DNA of 64,000 nucleotides from positions 896,001-960,000 of the forward strand of contig OZ245046.1 in NCBI GenBank assembly GCA_965224245.1. The letters are read 5' to 3'. Each line of letters begins with the position of its first letter. Positions within the stretch are counted from its first letter, which is position 1. Below, piece by piece: positions 49,876 through 57,908 of the stretch. Under the pieces are notes generated by a model. It saw only the letters and a list, made by a program, of their open reading frames with translations, did not search any database and was not told where the DNA came from. This stretch comes from Candidatus Eiseniibacteriota bacterium. Its GTDB lineage: Bacteria > Eisenbacteria > RBG-16-71-46 > CAZAMP01. The translations under genes were made by a program, and so were the position numbers.

Positions 49876-51639
49876 TCAGGGAGGGCTCGGACCGGGGTTC
49901 TCGAGCACGACTTCACGCAGCCAGACGCCTCGGACCGTCTCACGTCGGTCCGTGAGACGCTCGACCATCCCGAAGACACGGCCGACGCCGTCGCCGGTCC
50001 CCGGAGCGGCACCCGACGAGAGCCCCCCGATCCCGCGCAGCCGACCGATCGCTCGTTCACCCAGCCGAACCGCGGCAACGTCAACGGGCGCATCGGCTTT
50101 GGGCAGTCCGAGCTCGACGATCTCGCGCTCGAAGTCATCGAGCCTCTCGACGCTCGCCACGATCAGCACGTGCTCGCGTCCACCGGAAGTCGTCACCTTC
50201 CAGTAGTACTCTTCTCCGTGGAGAGGGCCCGGGAGTCGATGAGACTCGTCGGCCTTCAGGGGATTGTCGAGATCGTATCCGGGCAGTGGAAAGAGAAGAA
50301 ACGCGTCGCCGCTCTCGTCCTCCGAGACCACGTACACGTAGACATCGCGCGATGCCTGGACCACCAGGAAGAGCTCGTCTCCGGGCGACACGGTCGATCC
50401 GGGTACGAGTCGCTGCGAGGCCGCATCGGCGTGCCGGAGGAGTCGCGCCTCGACCTGATAGCTTTGACCGGCGGCGAGGAACGCTCCGGAGCGAACGAGA
50501 AGCGTGAACAGCACGATACCCGCCGCAATCAGGAGCATCCAGCGCCCACGCCGAAACGCGGGGATCGCCTCCACGCGATCGAGCGTTGCGGTAAGCGCTT
50601 CCTCCATTGCGCCGGCGCTCTCGAACCGCTCCTGGGGATCGGACGCGAGTGCGCGCTCCACGGTCTGCGCGAAGGCAGGGATGACGTCGGGCCTGGCATC
50701 GCGGAGCAACGTCTTGCGTCGTTCGGCGTGCGCCTGGCGCAGCTCGCGGAGGCTCTTCGCCTCGACCGGGTACGCTCCGGTCACCAGATGATGAAGGAGC
50801 ACACCGAGCGAGTAGAGGTCGGACCGAGGACTGGCGACGCCGTCGCGGAGCACCTCGGGCGCCATGTACAGCGGCGTGCCCGCTCTTCCGTGCACCTCGG
50901 CACCACCGTCGGGCGCGTCCTCATCGATCTCACGTCCGATGCCGAAGTCCATCAACACGATCCGGCCTCCGGCCTCGCGCATGACGTTCTGTGGCTTCAC
51001 GTCACGGTGAACGAGACCCGCGGCGTGCACGGCCGCCAACGCTCGACAGACGTCGACGCCGATGAGGGCCGCTTCGCGCGGGCTGAAGCGTCCGCGCGAA
51101 GCCAGAATCTCCTCGAGGGATTCCCCGCGGACGAGCTCCATCCAGATCCCGATCATCCCGTCGCGCGCATCGGCCCCGTGCACGGTCACGACGTTCGGGT
51201 GTCGAATGCGGGCGAGACGCCTCCCCTCGTCCACCACGGCCGGCACGGCGTCGGTCTCTGCAGGGTCGGAGGTCGTGCGATCGGGTCCCGCCCGGGGTCT
51301 GATCAGCTTCAGCGCTACCTCCCGCACGAGGCGCGCATCCCGGGCTCGATAGACCTCTGCAAACGACCCGGTCGCGATCCTGTCGATGATCTCGAGATTA
51401 CCCCAGCGCCACGGCATGGTGACGTCCAAGGGATCGTCGGGCCACTGCTCACCCGGAGGTTCGCCGATCCAGGCCTGGGATCGATGGAACTCGGCGATGC
51501 CCTCGACCACACGGAGCAAGTGCAGCGTGTCCCGGTCGCCCGGACCCACGCACGCGTCCTCGACCGCGTCCCAGTCGATGGCGCGGCCGTCCGAGATCGA
51601 CGCGGCGAGATCGATCAGTCGATTCTCTCCGGCGCTCAT
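49876..51639 (-). CDS. Ser/Thr protein kinase with TM helix and DUF4384-like extracytoplasmic domain
   Basis: VALK, HRDVKPQN, DFG, GTPLYMAPE; TM WMLLIAAGIVLFTLLV; PGDEL...YVYVV.ED..G...LLFP...G.E..LIVAS. Confidence 0.88.
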   Translation of the reverse strand: MSAGENRLIDLAASISDGRAIDWDAVEDACVGPGDRDTLHLLRVVEGIAEFHRSQAWIGEPPGEQWPDDPLDVTMPWRWGNLEIIDRIATGSFAEVYRARDARLVREVALKLIRPRAGPDRTTSDPAETDAVPAVVDEGRRLARIRHPNVVTVHGADARDGMIGIWMELVRGESLEEILASRGRFSPREAALIGVDVCRALAAVHAAGLVHRDVKPQNVMREAGGRIVLMDFGIGREIDEDAPDGGAEVHGRAGTPLYMAPEVLRDGVASPRSDLYSLGVLLHHLVTGAYPVEAKSLRELRQAHAERRKTLLRDARPDVIPAFAQTVERALASDPQERFESAGAMEEALTATLDRVEAIPAFRRGRWMLLIAAGIVLFTLLVRSGAFLAAGQSYQVEARLLRHADAASQRLVPGSTVSPGDELFLVVQASRDVYVYVVSEDESGDAFLLFPLPGYDLDNPLKADESHRLPGPLHGEEYYWKVTTSGGREHVLIVASVERLDDFEREIVELGLPKADAPVDVAAVRLGERAIGRLRGIGGLSSGAAPGTGDGVGRVFGMVERLTDRRETVRGVWLREVVLENPGPSPP

Positions 51640-52229
51640 TCGCGCATCTCCCTGGCGAGCTTCACCAGCGCTCGCGATACCGTCATGCGGGCTGCGTCGG
51701 CCGACGACTTGCTCAGCGCTACGGCAATGTGGCCGTAGCTACAGCCCATCTCGATCCGTGCGATGACCGCTTCGCGCTCGACCTCGCCGAGGCGCGCGAG
51801 CGCGGACTCGTATCGCCCGACCATCTCGCGTCCGATCGTCTCGTCGAGTGGAGACGGAGTTCGATCGTGATCCGAGTGCCAGATCTCATCCGGACCCGGC
51901 GCCCGGGTCGCACGACGCACCTCGTCGCGGATCCGGTTCAGAACGGCTTGCCGCATGTACGCCTGAAGCGCCCCCTCGCCGCGGTTCTGGAAGTCGTCAA
52001 TCCGGTCGAGGGTGCGAAGCACCGTGTCTTGCACGAGGTCGTCGGTATCGAGAAGGCCGCGCGCGCGGTTCGGGAGTCGGCCGGACGCCCATCGGCGCAG
52101 CCTCGGAAGGTAGCGTGCGCAGAGGCGGTCCAGGGCTCCTCGATCGCCCCGTCTGGCGAGCTCGAGAAGCTCGACGGACGACTCCATCGGGTTCCCGGCG
52201 TGATCGGGGGTCCGGTCGTCTCCGGCCAT
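51636..52229 (-). CDS. ECF sigma factor, stop overlapping the kinase start
   Basis: G...AL..L..RYLPRL.RWA, LLDTDDLVQD, NRIRDE.RR, DAARMTVSRAL; ATGA overlap at 51636-51639; start uncertain. Confidence 0.9.
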   Translation of the reverse strand: MAGDDRTPDHAGNPMESSVELLELARRGDRGALDRLCARYLPRLRRWASGRLPNRARGLLDTDDLVQDTVLRTLDRIDDFQNRGEGALQAYMRQAVLNRIRDEVRRATRAPGPDEIWHSDHDRTPSPLDETIGREMVGRYESALARLGEVEREAVIARIEMGCSYGHIAVALSKSSADAARMTVSRALVKLAREMRE

Positions 52230-52340
52230 CCTTCCGTCCGCTCCAGGGTTCGCGCCGAACTGCGCGGTCAATCATACCCAGGATGACGGCTCGTGCCCGC
52301 TACCAAATCGACGAACCCGACCAGATTCGCTCGCTCGTCG

Positions 52341-52886
52341 TCATCGGACGAGCACCATCCGGTGCGTCTTCACGTACGCATCCGCCTCGAACCGGATGAA
52401 GTAGATCCCCGAGGCCACCGGGCTGCCGTGGTCATCGCGCCCGGCCCACCGAACCGACTTGTATCCGGGCTGCTCGTCGCCGTTCACGAGCGTTCGGACG
52501 AGACGCCCGGACGGCGCGTACACGCGCAAACGCACGGTGCCCCCGGGTGGGGGAACGTCGTACCGGATCTTCGTGACCGGATTGAACGGGTTCGGCGTGT
52601 TTGGATGAAGTCGGAACTGCTCTGGAAACGGGCCGCTCGGGTCGTGCGTGGAGAGAAGGGTCGTGGTGTCCGGCCGCGCCTCCCGGAAGCCCGAGGCGAT
52701 ACCGTAGCTCGTCGAGCCGGCCCGTCCCGCGATCGCCTGACCGTGTGTCGTGCGGAGCGCATACCGGCTCGTGGCCGTGCCGGAGCCGCCGGCGCTGAAC
52801 ACGTGACGCACGATCCCGACGGACGCGACGGCACTCGAACCACCGGCAACGAGCGCGACGAGCCAGATGAGGTCTCTGATCTTCAC
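52341..52886 (-). CDS. Small secreted protein with FlgD-Ig C-terminal domain
   Basis: Signal peptide; short G-rich module (VFSAGG..Y.L..T.GQ..AG..GF); PNPFNP.T.IRY...SGIYF. Confidence 0.85.
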   Translation of the reverse strand: MKIRDLIWLVALVAGGSSAVASVGIVRHVFSAGGSGTATSRYALRTTHGQAIAGRAGSTSYGIASGFREARPDTTTLLSTHDPSGPFPEQFRLHPNTPNPFNPVTKIRYDVPPPGGTVRLRVYAPSGRLVRTLVNGDEQPGYKSVRWAGRDDHGSPVASGIYFIRFEADAYVKTHRMVLVR

Positions 52887-52952
52887 GACTACGTCTCCTC
52901 CTCTCCAGAACGCGCACCTTCGAGCTCTCGGCGACGGTGCATCGGTAGAACC

Positions 52953-54821
52953 TCACTGCAGGCTGATGAGAACCAGTACGAGCCCCTGACCGCTCGACAG
53001 CGCCGACATCGCCTTGCCGACGATCGCTCCCGAGGAGCGCGACGGGTCGACGGCACGCATGACGTGACCCGGTGTCTCCGATGTCGTCAAGGGATCGCCG
53101 GGCTCGATCGGTCCCGCCGCCGCGTCGGCGAGCGCGTACACGCGCCCGCCGATCGCGACGTGCTGATCTCCTTCGAGCACGCCGACCTGAGCCAGCGTGA
53201 GTCCGGGTCGCACGCCGCCGGCGCCGCTGATGACTCCCGCCACGCGGCGGTCGTACGCGTGCCGGCTCATGGCGAGGTGCCCGGGCCGCTCGCGGTCGAT
53301 CACGACGACGGTTCCCGGCACCAGCGTCTCGGAATCGGACATTGGAAACGGCTCCGCCACGTCGGAGCCGCCGGTGATCTCGAGCACCCGGGTCGTCGTC
53401 GTACCCGACATGCCGTCCAGCTCGATGGTGGTGGTATAGCCGCCGTTCTCGACCTGGACGTTGCCCGGGACCCCGCCCCCGATGCGGACGCCGCCGGCCG
53501 CTCGGACGAACATCTGGTTCTCGGCGGTCGTGTTGAGGTCCATGTCCAGTCCGTCCGCGATCGCGATGGATCCGTAGTGCCAGACGTTGGCGCGGCGTCC
53601 GACGGCGAACGAGTAGCCGCCCCCCGCGAAGCAGTCTCGGCCGCCGGCGACGGCGGAGTAGTGGCCCGCGGCGCTGTTTCCATACCCACCCGCAACCACG
53701 CTGTAATCGCCGAGGGCTTCGTTCTGCCGTCCGGCACCCGCACGCGCGTGGGAGCCGCTCGCAACGTTGTCCTCACCGCCGCCGATGGCCGCGTAGTCGC
53801 CGCTGGCCTCGTTGCCGTAACCGCCGGCGACTGTCGCGCCGAATCCGCTGGCCGTGTTGCTCGCCCCGCCGCCGACCGCGGCCAGCGCGGAGTTGAGGAC
53901 ATCGGCATCGTCGCTGCCGGCCGTGTTGCCGTTGCCCCCGGCGATCGTTCCCCAGGAATCGGTGACGACGTTCGGGGAGGGAGTGCCCAGAACCTGGACG
54001 CCACCGCCACCGATCGTGGCGCCCTTGACGTCCGCGCTCACCGAGTTGATGCTCATCCCGCCGATCACGTTGGGGCCCGAAGCGGTCGTTCCGTCATACG
54101 CAACCGGTTCCAGCCGGAGCGCGATCGCGTTGTCCACCTTGAACACCAGGCGCTGGTCGTCGGTCGTTCCGATGAACTCGGAGCCGGGATCGGTTCCCGC
54201 GTTTCCATCGAGCAACCAGACGTCCGACATCATGATGTCGGAGGCCGAGGTCTGAGTGGTTCCGTCGGGAAACTTGAACCCGCCCGAGGTCGACCATACG
54301 GTCTCCGAAACCGTCACGTTCCCCGTGGCGGTGAGATCTCCGGATACGGTGAAGTCGTGGAGCGCTCGCTCGGCCGACTCGGCATGAAGGGCGAACGGTG
54401 CGCTCACGATTCGCTGATCGTCCATCTGCTCGAAGGGCTCTGCGAGATCCGTCGTCAGCCAGATCCGGAGGTAGCATTCGGAGCTCTCGTCGAGAAGATC
54501 CGTCGTGAGCGCGTCCATCGGCGCTTCACCGAGATCGACGCTGTATACGCCCTCGTCGACGTCGACGGAAACATACCAGTCCGTGGGCTCGCTGCCGCCG
54601 ACGCTGGATCCGTCGTGGGACCAGAGCGTGTTTGCACCGGCATCGACGATCGCGAACTTGAAGTACGCCGTGCCATCGAACGCGGTGTCCGGTTCTCCGT
54701 CGGAATCGGTGTCCTCCTCGAGAACGCCCTGAGTATTCATGATCGTTGCCTGCGCGTGCACCTCGGCACAGAACGCGAAGCCGAGCGTGATCCACGCGAG
54801 ACTGACGAGAGTCGTGTTCAT
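52953..54821 (-). CDS. Secreted fibre/adhesin-like protein with GG..N.A.G repeats and C-terminal intramolecular-chaperone-like domain
   Basis: GGAGG + ATG 54821; 14-aa repeats; GGSDVAE..PGTVVVID..VAGVISG..GRV..GD.LTTS..G.IVGKAM. Confidence 0.8.
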   Translation of the reverse strand: MNTTLVSLAWITLGFAFCAEVHAQATIMNTQGVLEEDTDSDGEPDTAFDGTAYFKFAIVDAGANTLWSHDGSSVGGSEPTDWYVSVDVDEGVYSVDLGEAPMDALTTDLLDESSECYLRIWLTTDLAEPFEQMDDQRIVSAPFALHAESAERALHDFTVSGDLTATGNVTVSETVWSTSGGFKFPDGTTQTSASDIMMSDVWLLDGNAGTDPGSEFIGTTDDQRLVFKVDNAIALRLEPVAYDGTTASGPNVIGGMSINSVSADVKGATIGGGGVQVLGTPSPNVVTDSWGTIAGGNGNTAGSDDADVLNSALAAVGGGASNTASGFGATVAGGYGNEASGDYAAIGGGEDNVASGSHARAGAGRQNEALGDYSVVAGGYGNSAAGHYSAVAGGRDCFAGGGYSFAVGRRANVWHYGSIAIADGLDMDLNTTAENQMFVRAAGGVRIGGGVPGNVQVENGGYTTTIELDGMSGTTTTRVLEITGGSDVAEPFPMSDSETLVPGTVVVIDRERPGHLAMSRHAYDRRVAGVISGAGGVRPGLTLAQVGVLEGDQHVAIGGRVYALADAAAGPIEPGDPLTTSETPGHVMRAVDPSRSSGAIVGKAMSALSSGQGLVLVLISLQ

Positions 54822-54835
54822 GATCGGCGCCTCCG

Positions 54836-57373
54836 CTATTTGATCTCCACGACACCGGGACCCCACCCGGTGACGCGGCCGTGTTTGTAGAACGCGATCG
54901 GGGCTTCCGTGTAGGTCCCCGGTCGGATCGCGATCGTCGTGCCGATGCCGGCGGCATCGATGGCCTCGCCGACGGTGTCGTACGGGCTGGCCATCGAACC
55001 GTTCTCGAAGCCCGAAGCCTGCTCGTCCACGTACACGACATCCAGAGGCCGACATCGAAACATCCCGCGGCCATGCGTGGCGGCGATGAGGTTGTCGCCA
55101 CACCAGAAGAGGTCGTCGACTTCGACGTTTGCGGGTCCCTCGTTGGCGGGATAGTTCGTCATCACGCTCCAGCGCTGTCCGCGATTCTCGGACGCGAATA
55201 CGCCGAGATCCGTCCCGGCGTACATCCAGTCCGTGTTCGCGGGATGGAACTGGATCGTGTTCACCGGGATGGCCGGGAGATCGTCCGGAGCATCTCCTGA
55301 CCGCTGGACCCACGTCGATCCACCGTCGAAGGTGACCCACACGTTGTCCGGTTCATATCGGGAATAGGTGACCGCGACGATGTTGACCTCGTCCGGACAG
55401 ATCGCGATGTCGGTGACCCACCGGCTCACCGGTCCGGCGATCGTCGTCCACGTCGTCCCCCCGTTTCCGGACATACCGAGCGTGCCGTCGTCGTAGCCCA
55501 CCCAGACGAAGTTCCGGTCCGACTGAGCGACGTCGATGGCGCTGCAGAACGCATCGCTCGGGACGGGGCTTCGTACCTCGTACCAGCTCTCTGCGTAGTC
55601 AGACGTCTTCCAGATGCTCTTGCCGCCCGCGTAGAGAACGTGGGACGCCACGGGATCCATCGTGAACGGCGCGATGAAGAGCGCGGACACGCCGGCATCG
55701 CCGAGACCCGTCACCTTCGACGCCCACGTGGCGCCACCGTCATCGCTTCTCTTGATCTGGAGGTTTATGTACTCGCCGTACAGAATGCTCGGATCGTTGA
55801 AGTCCACGGCGCAGTATCCGCCATCTCCGGACTCGGCCTGAAACCAGCTGCCCGTCCCGCCCCCGGTGAGCCGCAGCGTGCTGTTGTCCTGCGTCCCGCC
55901 GATGATGACCGTACCCGCAGGATCGGATGCTCCACCGTAGAACTGCGTGATTCCGAGGTTGTCAGCGAGATTCGTCCAGCTGGTTTCGGTTGCCGTTCGA
56001 ATGTTCTGCACCATCTGGACGCCACCGTCGTTTCCGACGTAGACGCGAAGGTCGCTTCCACCGTAGCCCGGGATGGGCACGATCGCGTGTTGATCCGCGT
56101 GTGCGCTCGACCCATCGACGTGATAGAGATGCCAGTCGCTGATCTTCGTGAGCGTCACGCCCTCATCATCGCTTCTCCAGAGGTCGAGTCCGCCGACGAC
56201 CATGTCGAACGGAAACGTCTGGGGTGCCACCCAGATCGCATTCGCGTAGTCGCCGATGTTGCCGGCCGAATTGGAGAGGTAGCCGTAGCCCGTACACTGC
56301 CGAGTCCACAGTGAGCCGGTGTCGTCGGTGGAACGCCAGATCTCACCGTCATTGCGTTGCATCGAGATGTACATGTGCGCCGAGCCCTGGTGAAACGCCA
56401 CCTCACATCGCCCCGGGTCGACCGGGAAGCCGGGAGTGCTTCGGAAGGAAGTCCAGCTTGCACCGTCGTCCGGCGAGTAGTACCCATCGCTGGACGTACC
56501 GACGAGGATCCGGTTCGCGGAGGTCGGGTGGATCTCGATGTCGAGCGCCGGGCCCGTGGTCGCGAGCGCGGAGTCCCACGAGAGGCCTCCATCGGTGCTG
56601 CGCCACACCGTGTGTGGATGGACCGTCCAGTCGTCGGATCGGGTCGTCGCCCACAGCTCTCCGCTGCGGGCCGGATGGTGCGCGAGGCGGGTCACCCATC
56701 GGAACATCTCGTTGTCCGTGCTTGACAGCTGGAACCACGTGCTCCCGTGATTCGTGCTCTTGAAGATGCCCGCGCCCGGCAGTCCGCCCCCCAGCTGGTC
56801 TCCTCCGCTCAGGAACCCCTCGCCGGTCGACGCGTACAGGACTTCGGCATCGAACGGGTCCTGGACGATCGACGTGACGCCGAGGTTCGCCATGAAGTCG
56901 TCGATCAGCTGCCAGCTGCTCGCGGTCGGCGGACGCTTCCAGAGTCCGCCGGTGACGCCACCGATCCACAGCGTGCCGTCTGACTCGATGTGAAGCGCTC
57001 GTACGCGTCCGCCGATGTTCCCCGGGCCCAGCCAGTCCCAGTTCCAGATCCCGGCGTCTCGCTGCCCCGAACGCATCCGGTCCACTTGGTCCTTGGCGGA
57101 GGCCAGCGCTCCGATGGGGATCTGGCCGTCCTCGCCGGCTCGTTGGCGGCGCCGCTCCTCGGCCAGACCGTGCGGGTGCTCGGGGATGCGGTCACTCTCG
57201 GTAGTCAGCTTCGTGCCGGTCACATGCTCGCTACGCTCGATGCCCGGCGGATGAGCCGGCTCCTGCACCGGAACTCCGGTGCGCTGGTCGAGGATCGGAA
57301 GGACCACGGCGGTGCCGATCGCGATCGCGACCGCCGAGCGTTCGAGCGTTCGTGTACGGGTTCGTCGTTTCAC
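54836..57373 (-). CDS. Secreted BNR/Asp-box (VPS10/sialidase-like) propeller protein
   Basis: GPGNIGGRVR, S.D.G.TW boxes, HADQHAI, GNDGG, GGTQDN, ATHGRG; GTG after GGAGG. Confidence 0.85.
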   Translation of the reverse strand: MKRRTRTRTLERSAVAIAIGTAVVLPILDQRTGVPVQEPAHPPGIERSEHVTGTKLTTESDRIPEHPHGLAEERRRQRAGEDGQIPIGALASAKDQVDRMRSGQRDAGIWNWDWLGPGNIGGRVRALHIESDGTLWIGGVTGGLWKRPPTASSWQLIDDFMANLGVTSIVQDPFDAEVLYASTGEGFLSGGDQLGGGLPGAGIFKSTNHGSTWFQLSSTDNEMFRWVTRLAHHPARSGELWATTRSDDWTVHPHTVWRSTDGGLSWDSALATTGPALDIEIHPTSANRILVGTSSDGYYSPDDGASWTSFRSTPGFPVDPGRCEVAFHQGSAHMYISMQRNDGEIWRSTDDTGSLWTRQCTGYGYLSNSAGNIGDYANAIWVAPQTFPFDMVVGGLDLWRSDDEGVTLTKISDWHLYHVDGSSAHADQHAIVPIPGYGGSDLRVYVGNDGGVQMVQNIRTATETSWTNLADNLGITQFYGGASDPAGTVIIGGTQDNSTLRLTGGGTGSWFQAESGDGGYCAVDFNDPSILYGEYINLQIKRSDDGGATWASKVTGLGDAGVSALFIAPFTMDPVASHVLYAGGKSIWKTSDYAESWYEVRSPVPSDAFCSAIDVAQSDRNFVWVGYDDGTLGMSGNGGTTWTTIAGPVSRWVTDIAICPDEVNIVAVTYSRYEPDNVWVTFDGGSTWVQRSGDAPDDLPAIPVNTIQFHPANTDWMYAGTDLGVFASENRGQRWSVMTNYPANEGPANVEVDDLFWCGDNLIAATHGRGMFRCRPLDVVYVDEQASGFENGSMASPYDTVGEAIDAAGIGTTIAIRPGTYTEAPIAFYKHGRVTGWGPGVVEIK

Positions 57374-57445
57374 GTGGCTCGCCTCCATCATCGGGAGCCG
57401 GTTCACTGTCCCCACGGGCTGGGTTAGACCTGCTCCCGGGTCTTA

Positions 57446-57481
57446 CCCCCGAAAACGAACGAGCCCCCGAAACCGAACGAG
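57446..57481. repeat. Tandem 18-bp direct repeat, possible operator
   Basis: CCCCCGAAAACGAACGAG / CCCCCGAAACCGAACGAG. Confidence 0.6.
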
Positions 57482-57908
57482 CGCTTTCTGGAAACCGCGA
57501 AGCCCGGACATTGAGCCTCGCCGACGTGTCTGCGGAGGCCAAGAACTGGGTGCACGAGCACTCCGACGCAAAGATGCACGTGCTCGTGGTGGGTGGAGCC
57601 TCGCCGGACAGGTTTTCGCGCTTCTAGCAACGGGCGGCACCCGATCGCCCGTTCGGGGCCACGCACGGCCTCGTGTGTGACCGCTCGGGCCTTCCGACGG
57701 TCGGTCACGGATCGTGTCCTGATCCTCCCCGGGGGTCGATCCCGTTCGTCTCGCACATTCCCCGCTGACCCCAGCCTCTGAGCCACTCACCCCCTCATTG
57801 TGGTCAGACCCTCGACCAGCGTGTGTACTGGGTCCGAATGTCGCTCGGAGCGACAGCGACCTGGAGGGTGGTGGCCTCCAAGAACTCCGCCAGAAAGGAA
57901 GCCAGCCC

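Noticed and set aside
52953-54821. Prophage inferred from the fibre-like gene
   Set aside because: Protein has a signal peptide, and no capsid, portal, terminase-large or integrase genes are present.
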